A stretch of DNA of 64,000 nt, counting the filler, from Streblomastix strix (Eukaryota): assembly GCA_008636045.1 (NCBI GenBank). It is 3 parts of 3 records of this genome, joined end to end, with 100 filler letters (N's around TTAATTAATTAA, not from the genome) between each part and the next. Parts side by side here need not be neighbours in the genome. Positions count along the whole stretch, not along the records: positions 1 to 21,291 come from SNRW01000381.1; positions 21,392 to 42,680 come from SNRW01000382.1; 1 more part is not named here. The stretch is one strand, 5' to 3'. Position 1 is the stretch's first letter, and each line of letters opens with the position of its first letter. Of the stretch, positions 13,019 through 26,100 are shown in pieces. Both the position numbers and the translations under genes were made by a program. The notes beneath the pieces are model-generated. The model saw only the letters and a program-made list of their open reading frames with translations. It was not told the DNA's origin and ran no database searches.

Positions 13019-14360
13019 TCACACTGACGCATTCTCATTCATGACTTCTCATTCATCATTTCTAAGCTCCAGCAGTTGTAGCTCGATCAGAATCCTTTGT
13101 CATACTTGAGTTTTGTGCTTCATTTTGTGGTTCAATGTCTTGGTTATCCTTTTACATTTGTGAATTCTAGAGTTTTGCACTCTCGCGATCGTTAAGAGAC
13201 TCAGCTTCAACGATGGGTTGGGTCGAAATGATCGGGATGGAAAAGGTGAAGCTAAAGTATCCTATTGAGATAACTACAAATCATCTCCTTACGGAGATTA
13301 TTGTAGTCTATCTCCGTCGGAGACTCCTTCATCACCCCTTTATTTTGAGTTAATCTAAGTAGCTTGTTTCTCTCCGTCATTCTTTACCAGTGCAGATGTT
13401 ATAGAATCCTGCTCTTTGTTCACAGCGAAAACGTAGAACTTCTTGTTCATCTTTGAGTCTAGTGTGTGATGTGTGAAAACGTTTATTGTCCTCTCATCAA
13501 ACCCTTGTGCTGCTAGTTCTGTAGAAGATGCATGTCTGATAGAGTTTGCAGTTGCATTTTATACCCCAAGTGTTTAAACAAGTCCTTCAAGACGCATGCT
13601 AATGTATCTTTGATCAGTTCGCTTCCAATTCTCCGTCCAGAATAAGTGTATGAAGTTCGTTGGACTTTGTTAGAAGTGTTTTCTAAGTCTTGTTAACCTA
13701 ACAAAAAAGTTCTCTGTTGGACATTCTTTAGGATCTTCTGTTCTTCTTACATCATATCTCTCTTCTTAGATTGTTTGGGTTGGATTAAAAGTGCTGCTGT
13801 ATGTTTTTCATTATCTATGATTGATACTGATAGATCTATGTTTGCGATCTCTTTCATTCTCACGAAACATAACGACATTAATAGTGGGTCTAGCTTTGCT
13901 TGTAGCTCTTCATCTGAGAGGAGATTACTTTCTGGTCTCTCTCCAATGCTCAAAGAGTTGATTGAAGTCCCAGGTGCTCCCATATCTTGGATTATTAATC
14001 TAGTGATTAGATATTGAATATGTAGTGAGTCTCTAGGCAGTTGCGGAGACTTATACTGTTCCAAAAATGAGAGAAAGCATTGTGTTGAGTATTGATGCAT
14101 GATGTTTTGCTGATGATGGCTTTGTTTTCCATGTTCATGCCAACCAAGTCATGAATTCGGTATGTATGAATGGTATCTTCTTGTTCATGATATCTTCAAT
14201 TGAATAATTCATTTCTTTCATACAATCATCAAACAATACCATTGTCTATATATACTTCATCTGAGTTTTGAATTTCAGTCCTTTTATTATCATTTGTTAG
14301 GTTTCTCTAGTCATGTTCGCATTGTTTAGGAACTATGTTAATAATTTTCTTCCTTATTCG
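13019..14360 (-). pseudogene. DIRS tyrosine recombinase (element 2)
   Basis: LCFVRMKEIA, ANSIRHASSTELAAQG, VFTHHT and KFYVFA motifs; disrupted. Confidence 0.85.
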
Positions 14361-16300
14361 ACTTTTTGTCCATGAGGAATTCCGCGAATTTTCCTGATTG
14401 TAGCATGTCCTTCCTTTTCATCATTTCTTTCCCCGGATTCAGAATCAGAGAGCTCTATCCAAGAATAAGGTATCTACTACTGCCTGTTAGTCAGTGCGTG
14501 AACCATATTTGACCTGGCCACCAAGGTGCTATCATGATTGACTTTGGTTTAAACTTTTTCTAAGCGAACAGGGCTTTTCCAATCTTCGGAATTGGTAGGT
14601 GGATACAAAAGATCTCCTCTTTTCATGGTCTCGAAAACGCGTTTAACCATTCTGCCCCTTCCTCTTCCTCTCCTATTGCCACGAATCTATCCTCGAGTTT
14701 ATTTTCCTCTGTTGCGAACAAGTCCAGTGTTGGTATTATCTCCCACGCTTGACATAGGGCTGTGAATATCTCTCTCTTCACTGAATTATCGCCCTGGGTA
14801 CTTAACCTACATAGTGCATCTGTTATTTTGTTTGACATTCCTGGAATATGTTGAGTCTGAGTTTGTATTCTCAGTTGTTGATATAGTTTAACTATTTTCT
14901 TCACTTCTACTACCAGAGTTTATCCTGCTCTTTGTTTTGCTAAATCTTATACTGCGGTAAAACTGTCTGACTTAATGAGGATCGCCTTGATCTGCAGCTC
15001 TTTAAAGATTTATCCGTAACGAAATAGCCCTAAGTATATTGCTATCATCTCCTTATTGTTGCTAGTCCTCCTCTTTTGTTCCTTTTTCCCTTCTCCATGT
15101 TGGACTAAAGAATCCCCTGTTTGTAATTCTAGAGTCACTCTCTAACCTTTCGGAGATGCGTCTGATACGATTACTGCCTCTGGAATTCTCATTTCTAGAG
15201 TCATCACTTAATTCTTCGTTATCACTCTATGCAACTAATATAGCTTTTGAAGGATTTCCTTAGGTAGAATCATATTCTCTTTCCATTCTTTATTCTTCTG
15301 AGCCCTTGTTTTTGCTGAGACCATTAACTTTAAGAAGGGGGAAGCCTCTCTTATTTTAACTCTTAGAAAATTCTGCTTGTCTATTATTGAAGCTAGGTAC
15401 TATATCTTAATTGGGACTTGTCTCTCTGTCAAACTGATAAACTTCCTTAATTAGAAGTGTAGTTTTTATTTTCTTAAGTCTGTCATCTTTAAATACATCC
15501 TTTTCAAGTCCCAAGTCCATCCTTGGAAGTTAATCTGTTGTTTTGGTTCTGTTTCGCATTTTTCTTGGGCTATTGTCCATCCAAAGGATTCCAAAATCTT
15601 CATTATTGTCAAGGTTTATTCTCGCAATCATTCTTTGTTCCAATGTAGGGGGAGCAGATCGTCTACGTAATTCAGAATTCTTATGTCTGACTCTCTCCGT
15701 ATCTTCGTTAGATCCACTGCTAGTGCTTGTGCGAAGAAGATTGGAGAGTGCTGCGTTCCAAACGGCATTGCCCTATATTAATAAACTTTCTCCATTGCTT
15801 CGAATACTAGGTATGGTCTATGTGTTGGATACACTATTAGGAGGTGAAAAGCTGATTTTAGATCTAGACTCGTTGCCCAATCTCCTTTTCTAATCAAATC
15901 TCTCACCTAATCTGTTCCATTCATCTTAAAATGAATCGTTTGTATCTCCATATTCAGTGAAATCGTATCCAGAATTTTCCTCCATTTCTAGTGAGGCTTC
16001 GGTATTATGAATGTTGGATTAAACCATTCAGCCTGATCAGGATGTATTTATTCTATTATGTTTTCTTTTAATTCTTCCTCCAGTTTCTCTTTGTATGCTA
16101 TTTCCTATTCTCTTGAGCCCGAGAACGGACAAATTCTCAGTGTGTCTTACAATCTCTTTTCGCTATCCTCGTTTTTGAATAGTAGAAAAAACCCTTTTTG
16201 TATGAATTCCACTCCTTTTACCAGTTTCCATGCTTCTAGATAACAAATTGTTTTTTCCCCCATTCCCGTGTTTGGTTGAGGTTGTAATATTTCCTCCATT
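14330..16300 (-). pseudogene. DIRS pol RT-RNase H-MT (element 2)
   Basis: WFNPTFIIPK, WRKILD, LDLKSAF, AMPFG, YVDD; VSDASPKG; HIPGMSNKITDALCR; LDLFAT; APWWPGQIWF. Frameshifts present. Confidence 0.9.
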
Positions 16301-16599
16301 TGGGTCCTAGGAAAGATTTCCAGTATATGAATTTCCTCATTTGTTCTATTCTGAATTCCTATAAGTTGGAACCGTCCGAGGGCTCGCACCTGGCTGTCAG
16401 CGCTGCTAGTCTTCACTCTAGTTCTAGTTTGCGACAACAGAAGTATTTGTGCTTGTGGCTTTACCTCTGACAGGTGTCCTTCCTCCTTTTTTCTCAATTT
16501 TTGATTCACGAATGGGATTTCCCTGGAGTTATGTAGAAGGTTCTGTCTAAATATTTGTTGGTTTTGTTCCAGCAACCCCTACTTAGCCCGAAGCTATGC

Positions 16600-19500
16600 A
16601 GTACGTAGAAGATGCTACCCTTTTTACATTTCCATTTATTGAAAAAGTCTCCCCAAGTGCATGAAAAACTTACGTTGCCTCTCCTGCAATCAATTGATGT
16701 TATTTTCCTTTCTGAACTGAGAATGGATTTGTAAATATTGCCATAAGAACAACATTCAAAATTGAGCTTTAATTCTAGTTCAGGTAAGGTGTAGTTTAAC
16801 TCTGTGAGTCTGTTAATGTTAGAGGGACTATCTTTTGCTTTCTACTGGTGGGAAATCTCGATCTCAGTTTTGTGTTTGACTGGTCTGGGGCCCACCTTGG
16901 CGGTCCTGAATAGTTCATCTAACTAAACAATGGTCCAAGGTGATTGTCCTACACTTAATTATTGTAGAACCATTATGTTTATGCTTAGTTGTTACTTTGC
17001 TTTTTCAAACTCCTCTAACGTTTCCTATGTTTGTATTTCTTACTGTTCTTATCAAGTGGTCTGATTTCTAAATACTTAGACTCATCCACAATATCTTCTT
17101 AAAATTTATCTTGTTATTCACCTGTTCCACTTCCAATGTCCCAGCCCATGTCAAAATGTATTGCGTTATTATTCTATTCAGTTATCTTCCTTTGTATTTG
17201 GGGTTCATAGAAGGATGTTAGTTTCATTTATGGTCCAAAGCCTCTTTTCATTCTCTATTATTCCTCAGGTGATAATCTGTTTAATATTTGCATTCGCAAT
17301 CTCATAGCCTCATCTTCATTAGAGTGGCCCTAGAGTTTATTCATCATATTAATCATCAGGTTTTGAAATTTGTCATTCTACTCCATCTTATTTAAGTATT
17401 AGACTTGTTCTCCTGTATATACCTTAATTTCGACCTGTCTTTTAGGATCTTCTGAGAGTAATGGCAGGCGATTAACAGTTTCCTCTATTAGGATATATTT
17501 AGATTGTTATACTTCTTTGATGAATTGATGATTAGGGTCTGTAACAAATAGGGATTATTTCTGACTTAGTTATTAACTTTGTTTAGTTTATTTTAGTGAT
17601 GATGATGGCAATAGTGATTAGGATAGCCATTGTTATTATTCATTTAGAAAATCAGTTTCAGATAATGAAGTTTAGAGAGTTAGATTAAGCAATCCTAGGA
17701 AATCTTGCGTAGGTTAAAATGAATTTTGTTCTGCCATGTTATTTAAATCATCATTTTATCCTGTTTGTTGATGTTATAAATTGTCAGATGTTTTTGTTTA
17801 AGGTTTATAAGTTTCAGTTGTTTGAGTAGGTTGTTAGTCTCTATCATTTTTATTTTCTTGTTCATTCATTGGAATATTATATATGTTCTATTGGATATTC
17901 TACTCCGAATTTGTAACATCAATCTATTGTATCTATTCATTCTATTATGTATTATTGACAATAACATCTTGTTATTGGATCTATATTTCACTATTCACCT
18001 CGTGAAGTTAATTTATCTATTGTTGAATTTATTTATTCACTTGTTGATCTAATTATTTTTAATTATCTTATGCAGCGAATAATTGTTGTGCTGTTCGAAA
18101 ATTTGCAATTGGTATATCTCTCCTAATTAATTGATTCTGGACTTATCTAAGAAACGCTGCTTTCTTCATCAAAGTTGGGAGAAATGTCGTTTACCATGCG
18201 AAAGGCCTCTTATTGAGCTGTTCGGAGACTTGACATATAAACCGGAGCTCCTGTAACTGTTTGAATTAGAGGTAAGGCATGTTCTCGTCGATTGCGTTAT
18301 GTTCTAAATTATCTTAATCGCTATCTTTCAACCTCTAGGTGCAGACTTTCAGCCAAATCCTCGTTATTCTATCTATTTCCTGAACCTTCACTTGAAATTA
18401 CTCTCCTTCTCCTCCTACTTCTTCCCAAATCTAACTAATTGTTCCTATAGTTTCACTCTTTTTCATGTCTATGATTGTGGTCGTGGTCATGATCATGGTG
18501 ATGGTGATGGTGGTGGTTATTATCTTCATCTAATTCCATTCATAGAGTATCTATGTATAATTCTGTATCCACTTCTCTCCAAAATGCTTTCCATTCGCTA
18601 ATTGTTAAATATTCATGTATGGCATGTCTCTAGATGAAGGCACTCGCATTCAGGAGATCCTCTCCAAATTCTCTGCGATGTTATCCACTAGCTTTTAAGC
18701 CTAAGTATCTTAATGTGTAACTTCTTTATGCCCAGAAATCTCTGTGCGCATTAAACCGTTGTTAGTTCATGTTTATCGTTAACTCAGGGGGTCTACTGGA
18801 GTAAAAAGACCTTAGTCCGTTCTTTATGTGATCTCCTTGTTCCATAATGGCTATTAGTCTTATGAAATTCTCCTTGTCAGGCTGTTCCAGGTGAATTTAT
18901 TAATCTTCAATTAACATATCCTGGTTCTTAAACTTGATTTTGTTGTAATACAAGTGTTGGTGGACTGATCGTGGGTAGTTGATTATAATGTAAATTTAGT
19001 TACTCAGAGTTCTAGCTCTGGATGCTTGATTAAAAAGGTTGGATGGCCTGCTGTGCTTGGTGCTGGTGGGGTTAATAAATTAGATTATTGTGTTTATTAC
19101 AGTCCAAATGTCGGAGAATTCAACATAAACTATGGTAAGCCTTCTGTAATGTTTGGCTATCAATATAGTTATATGCTATAGCCTGAAGAAGGTCGGATCT
19201 ATTAGAAAAGGCTCAGTTACGGAAAACCTTAAAATTGTTGTATTCCTGGGTATAAGCCAAACCCCCTGGAATGGTTGTTGTATCTAAGGTCTTGGAATCA
19301 ATTACCCTGAGTAGAATTATTATATGATCTGTGTTGGTGTAAACGTCACCAGCTGTGGAATCTATTATCCTGGTCCCATCGCAGTTGCGGAGTATTGGCC
19401 TGCTTGCAGGTTAACTAGGTCTTGACTACTTTGTACTTATATCAGTCTCAACGCATGCAATGGTTGAATTGCGTGAGACATGACTCCGTTGAAGCCCGGA

Positions 19501-19863
19501 TCAAATTATTAGGCCCCTTAAGCGCCCTATTTCATCTGTATTTTGATGTAAATTGGCCTTTCTGCGAAACGGTGTATTGCAGCACACATGTCAACTAGGT
19601 CAATCAATGTCTCTTTCGTATTCCCTTATAGAAAATGTTGAATTGAAAGTATTTTAAGCTTGTGCAGCATCAGGATTAGAAACTACAAATTCTGAATGTA
19701 TCCGTCCACTCGGCTGTTCGAGACGTTGTTCAAGACTTGGTGTGATGGTCCCTCTAAATGTCTTGTCACCTATGGTGCATGCAAAGTTCGCGCCTTGTAG
19801 TCCCATATCTGCGCTTATGCGATTGGATTCGCCCAAAAATCTATTGCGAACGCGTTCCGCCAT
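16600..19863 (-). pseudogene. DIRS gag-like ORF1 (element 2), Gln/Pro-rich
   Basis: ATG at 19863 just inside the left ITR; long TAR-rich low-complexity coding region upstream of pol. Confidence 0.5.
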
Positions 19864-20854
19864 GTTAGGAGTTCCATGAACCGCATGATGAAAAATTGTA
19901 TATCCTGCATCGGCGGCGTCCTCAGAGCAGGTCCAGCGTCGGCGTCTGTCACTGTAATCTCGCAGTCGCTCGCAAATACGTTGATATCGCTCCCGTTCGC
20001 GTCTCTGTCGTCAGTCAGCTGTTAGCTCGGTGTCATATTGAGATCAGCACCATCGCGAAGGTGGGTGAACAATGCCTGCGCATTTTAACCACTTGCTTGC
20101 GTCATGGTTCGCTTTCTTACTTTTCAAATGGCCGACCAATAGGGATTGGCAGCTCAACGGAGCACCCAGTCCCAGCGGCCCATTTGACAATCTGAAAATA
20201 AAGGGGTGGTGCAAGAGTCTCCGACGGAGATGTACTACAATAATCTCCTTTAGGAGATGATTTCTTTCTATCTAATTATATTGGTAATTTTTATAATTAA
20301 AAAAATAATTAGACTATTAATTTGTTACTTAGATATTAAATTATTATTGAAATATAATATATTAGTTGTTTAATTACTTAATTTTAATTTTTATATCTCT
20401 TTAAGAGAAGCAAATAATTTTTAAAAGTGAGATAGTTTGAGACATTGAAGATATTTCATAGTAGCAAAACCAGATCCATCTCAACATAATAGTGTTTAGT
20501 ACCCATATTATATAAAATTAACACATTAATAACTTCATTAGCATGAGATATTCAAAGTTAATTTTCAAGATGATATTAATAACCAACCGAATTCAAATAG
20601 TGCACTTTTAATTGCTATTAATTATTAAACTTACTTAATTAATATAATTTAATTATTTACACAGATATTACTACTATTATTATGCTTAATCAAATTTACT
20701 AAATTATTTTCAAAGTTTTTCACTTGAAGCGTTTTGAATATCAATTGTTTATTTATATTTTTATTTAATTCCTTATTATCTATACAATTAATTACAATTT
20801 TTTATATTTGCACAAAATAACCATCAATTTATCTTTATTTAGAAATTATTTAAA

Positions 20855-21290
20855 ATGTAAAAAAGTAAATTCCTCTTAATCCAACAATTTTAAACTATGA
20901 CTGGGGAAGAATTGTAGAATGAAGGATTTATTTGTCCAATTACACAAGAAGTTTGTTAAAATTAATTATTAATATTCTATAATTTATTTAATTTTATTAT
21001 TGACACATAAAGATAATGACTGATCCAGTAATTGCTGAAGATGGAATCAGCTACGAAAGACAAGCGATTGTTAATTGGTTGAAAATAAAGAAAATCTCAC
21101 CAATTACAAGACAGCGAATGTATGGAAAAATTTTGCCTGATTTGGAATTGAAAAAGAAGATTGGCATTGAAAGAGATAAAATTGATTCTATTGAAAAATA
21201 AAGAAAAATAATTGAAGAATAATTAGAATAAATTCGGCGAATCAAAGATGAAAAACAAAGAAAACTAATTAGAAATTACAAGAAAAAAGC
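20855..21290 (+). CDS. U-box domain protein, truncated by a gap
   Basis: FICPITQE|IMTDPVIAEDGISYERQAIVNWL...SPITRQ; GT-AG intron 20951-21012; coiled-coil tail. Confidence 0.85.
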
Positions 21291-21391
21291 ANNNNNNNNN
21301 NNNNNNNNNNNNNNNNNNNNNNNNNNNNNNNNNNNTTAATTAATTAANNNNNNNNNNNNNNNNNNNNNNNNNNNNNNNNNNNNNNNNNNNN
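21291..21391. other. Assembly gap with artificial TTAATTAATTAA linker
   Basis: N-runs flank a 12-mer giving TAA in all six frames. Confidence 0.95.
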
Positions 21392-21658
21392 TCCATATAG
21401 TACAAAAGGAAAGTATGCTGGATCATCTTTGATAAGAATGAATGATGATACAGAAGATAGTGAGATATCAAAGGAATAAAAATCCAAACGAGAGTAATAG
21501 ATTCAAAATTAGAATGAACGCAAAGATTTCCCAAGTTCTGGAATTTCACGCTGAATAAATGGTACATTTTCTGTTTGTGTTGGGGGTTCGGTAAGAATAT
21601 CTTTTTGTTTGTTTTAAGCTTGCAACTTTTTATTTTATTTCCTCTTTCGAGCAGACAT
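21392..21658 (-). CDS. 5' part of an unknown protein (MSARKRKQNKK...), running into the gap; internal TGA at 21503-21505
   Basis: ATG at 21658; the frame stays protein-like past the TGA up to the gap. Confidence 0.5.
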
Positions 21659-21699
21659 AAATAGATTCTAAAATAGCAAAATAAAATTAATAAATAAAT

Positions 21700-22528
21700 T
21701 ATTGTAGAAGAAAGTCAACTGTTAATAATTTAAAGGAAATAAGTCTCGAAAGAATTAAGTTCTTAGAAATCGAATGATTAAGAAAAAAGAAAAAGTAATA
21801 AATAAAAGTTGATTATTATAATAAATATGATTTATATCACATTTGGTTGAGGATATAACGATGAATAAAATAAAAATAAATTTTAAACTATTTGTATAAT
21901 GCGAAGCTGGATAAATATGCGTTTTTAAAAGAAAAATAAAAGAAGCTTTTCAAGCGGAATTGTGGATTGGGTGATTGGATGTTACTGTTATTTTGTTATA
22001 TAAATATATATACACGTAAGAAATAAATATTTTATTAAATATGGAATCAACAATCTATGCTAGAAAAGCTCATGCAAACAATTTTCATATATTTGAGGTG
22101 TATTAGTAACTCGTATGTTATTACGTAGAATAATTATTAAAATAAAATTTGTGTTAGTAAATAATTCATACTCAAATTAATTAATAATAAGTGAACAATA
22201 AGAAAAACGGATTGGAAAATAATTTCATTTTTAAAGAATTATTTATGATCCATTGTTTAATTCAACATTTCTTTTCTGAATTAACAAAATAAATTATACA
22301 TTGCAAAAATTTAATGATTAAATATAATTTTATTAAATAAAATATAAAGTTTTTAAAATAATTTAAAATAATTATTAAAAAAGAAATTTAAATAACGATA
22401 ATTTAATTTGAATTTTCAATTTTCACAAAATGCGAATTGATTATTGAATGATATATTGAATGATCTTATAAAATAATCTCAATGAAATTAAATAAAAAAG
22501 TGAAAATACCACAGATATAAATAATAAT
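21700..22528 (-). repeat. ~830-bp inverted copy of 34556-35380
   Basis: Near-identical reverse complement, e.g. 22381-22440 vs 34642-34702. Confidence 0.9.
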
Positions 22529-22747
22529 GCAAAAAGTGATTTTTCTTGTTGTTATTGGCTAATTAAATAATTTATTTTAATAATTATTGATTTGATAGTG
22601 TACATATTATTATTTTCTTGTTTTAATATACAAATTATAAATTGTTTGTCTGAGATATTTAATATTTTTATTTACAAAATGTATTTACTGCTTTTCCCCC
22701 TCCATTTTAATTTATTCATATTTTATTGTTTATTTATTTCTTTAGAA

Positions 22748-23064
22748 TGCCATTAAATTAGGGAATCGACCAGTAGCGCAAAGATTGCTTCTACCTAGAA
22801 ACTCTTGCATTACCTGGATAGATAAATTCAATTGTAATTGGTCGATTTTTCAACAGAAACGTCGAGACACTTATATTGGCAAAGGTAAATATCTATTTTA
22901 TGATGATTATGATTAAATAATTATATTTATAAATGAAGAGTACATTCCTGAGCATCTTCAACAATAATGAAACAGAAGATAGTTTCGACTTCATTGATCA
23001 CATCAATGTCTATAAAGAGGTATATTGTCTGTGTGCATCAGTGCAACCACACAGGTTTGTATCA

Positions 23065-23118
<54 letters not shown>

Positions 23119-26100
23119 TAATTCATAACTGAAATAACTTTATTTTGATGATTGAACATCAGTCTGGATTGTTTATTTGTTCTTTCAATTGGAGGAGAAT
23201 GGTTATTTCTTCAATGGAATAAAACTCGATTCTTCCCACTTGCTAGTGGATCTTTATTAAAAGCGATATAACCTCTTATGAAAACACCAGAATAACACCG
23301 TTTCCGTCTTGATCCTGTATATATTTATTATTATTATTGTTTTTATTATATTTTATTTTATTATATTTTATTATATTTTATTTTATTATATTTTATTTTA
23401 TTATATTTTATTTTATTATATTTTATTATATTTTATTTTATTTTATTTTATTTTATTTTATTTTATTTTATTTTATAATAAATTATTCAGACATTCGAAT
23501 GGGCTGTATCTGTAGTTCCAATCACAGATAATTCTCCTCGTTTCTTTACACGACCTTCTCAGAAATAATTGGAAGTGAATATTTCAAGGGCAAATAAAGC
23601 AATAGTTCGTATTTCATTTCGTGCAGTAATTGTTGTTGATGAAACAGTATTTGTAGGAGTAAAATATGATGGACCCGATGCAAACTTTCTTTCAGTAATG
23701 AAAGATAATTGGTGTGTAGGATTGAAGTAATTCTCAGAGAAATTTGGATTCTTCAATGGTGATAATAGAGATGGATATAAAAGAGAGAATATGAATATGA
23801 ATATGAATATGATAATAAAGAATGGATTAGAGAATGAATGGAAAATATAATAAGGAGTGTAAGAAAACAAAAAGAATCTTTGTATTGCGAATGCAGAAAC
23901 ATTTATCTTCTTTGAAGAAGATGATGATAAACGTATTTATATTTCATTCGATGAAAAGAAGAAACTTTCGAATTGCAAGAAAAACAATATATTTTTATAT
24001 GAAATGATAAATAGAGTTCGACATCTGACATTCACAACATCGATGAGATTGGAAGCATTCCCAATAAGAAAGAAACCTTTCATTATGCCATCATTTCCAT
24101 TCTTAGATCCATTAGGAAGAGAAAAAGATGGAGATGTTGCAAGTGCAGGATTGAGTGAAATTGAAAAACGAGGCAGAATTCAAGTTCCAGAATATGTTCC
24201 ATCGCTTTCATATATATCAAATTAGAAAATTGGATAAACATATAATTACAACAAAGCTGTATATACTAATTCTAACATAATTTCAGATGAAAGCAATTAA
24301 TCATGCACAACAGCTATTTCATTAGTTGATACACCATCTGGATTATCTTTATTCTCATTTCTTTTCAATTTCGATCATCATCGCATTTAACTTTATTCAT
24401 TTATAATATCTGCACTTCCACCTTCTTCATCTCGTATTATGACAGTAATTGATGAGAATAGAATAATGAAGACTTTAAAAGGAGAAGAAATTAAATTATT
24501 GAATCGTGTTCATGTTTCAGATGTTAATATTGTAAAAAGCGTAATGTCGAAGACAAATGAAACTTTGAATTGATATTTTAGTAATGGAATATTTCCAAAT
24601 GATAAAGAAAAACTAAATATTATTTGTGATGAACATTAGAATGAAGATATTCTTTAATCACAATATTCAACAAAACGCTTTTTAAATTCTTCTTAAATTG
24701 AACAATTCCAAAAGCACAATGATTCATAACAAAAATCAATAAATCGATTGTATAATTATCTGATATAATAATAATTATTATTTGATTCCTTCATCATTAC
24801 ATTTCCAAACAAAAATATCTCCAAATAAAAATAGAAATATTTGAAATAGGATTAATATAATTATGAACAAAAACTTTATATATCAAATATTTCTGGAACG
24901 GATATTAGTTAAAATGGTGATTAATCATATTAAATGATAGGATAAAAAGAATAAACAAATATAAATAATTCATTTGAATGTGATTAATAATTTTCTAATT
25001 ATGATAAGACTTTTTCATCTAATTAACCAATTCCAAACTATTAACCATTTCTTATTATTACATCTTTTGGAATTGCACTATTCACATCGCATTTGGCAAT
25101 TATGAAATTTATTTTTCCGGTGGCATTTCCTTAACCTCCAATGACGATTCTTTATGCCAGTGGACAAGAAAAGAACTAATAAAAGCTTCATATTGATTCT
25201 GATAAGTCTGCATCCAATATAAATTAAAAGAAAAGTCACAGACACATAGAACAGAAGAATATGACATCGTTAGACAAATTATTTATTGCATCAGGAAAAG
25301 AATTGATTATCATTGCTAACGGGTAAATACAAGTTCACCATTATCCAAACAAATGGTTTAATGATATTTCAATGACGAATGGAGCTAATTGGTATTTATC
25401 TTCCAATAACTAATCAATACATCCTTTAACATCATTATCCTTATCTACTTCTAGTTCAGATGAAATTTCACCTTGTTCAGACTCACATTCTGAAATTTCA
25501 AGTCATCAAAGTGATTATGAAGATGCTCATGTGAATATTGGCACTTCAATGTTATTCATTATTTCTGCTTCAAATTCATCAATGATTGTAGATATGAAAA
25601 CAGGAACTTTTTATGAATTCCCAGGAAAGGATTCAGAAATAAAAGACTTAGGCGAAGGAGGACCTGAAGATTTTCAATTCAATCAAATGACAATTAATAA
25701 TATTATTACAATTCCTTATAATTCATTTTCTCCTCATCATTTTTTGAATGATAGATTTGTATATGGTTTGGGGAATGGGAGGACAGGATCACTACATAGC
25801 ATGGTACTTGGACATTAATTATAAACTATAATGTAAGGTAAGTGGTATGAAAACTTACCAAATTTGTTCATAAGTCGCGCATATGCAGGTGCTAAACTGC
25901 ATTCTTTATTAATTGTTGAAGAAGAAAAAATTATTGATGTTTTAAATGAGAAATAAGAATAAGGACACAAAGATAAAGATTATAATTCAAAAATATTTCA
26001 AAAGAAATAAAGTTAATATCCTTATTTATAATCATAAGCACTGAAAGTTGGAGAAAATTTACGAAGTATATATTCATGTTAAGTGTTTGGATTACATGAA

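Larger units (their letters stand above)
12682..20263 (-). mobile_element. DIRS1-type retrotransposon (element 2), full length
   Basis: ITRs of ~130 bp (12682-12815 and 20110-20263); ICR at ~13267-13349 reproduces the end-to-end junction; ATTT at both boundaries; gag, RT, RH, MT and YR present. Confidence 0.93.

Noticed and set aside
23309..23531. Hydrophobic ORFs from the supplied track (FYYIL repeats, poly-Tyr)
   Set aside because: They are translations of intronic microsatellites.
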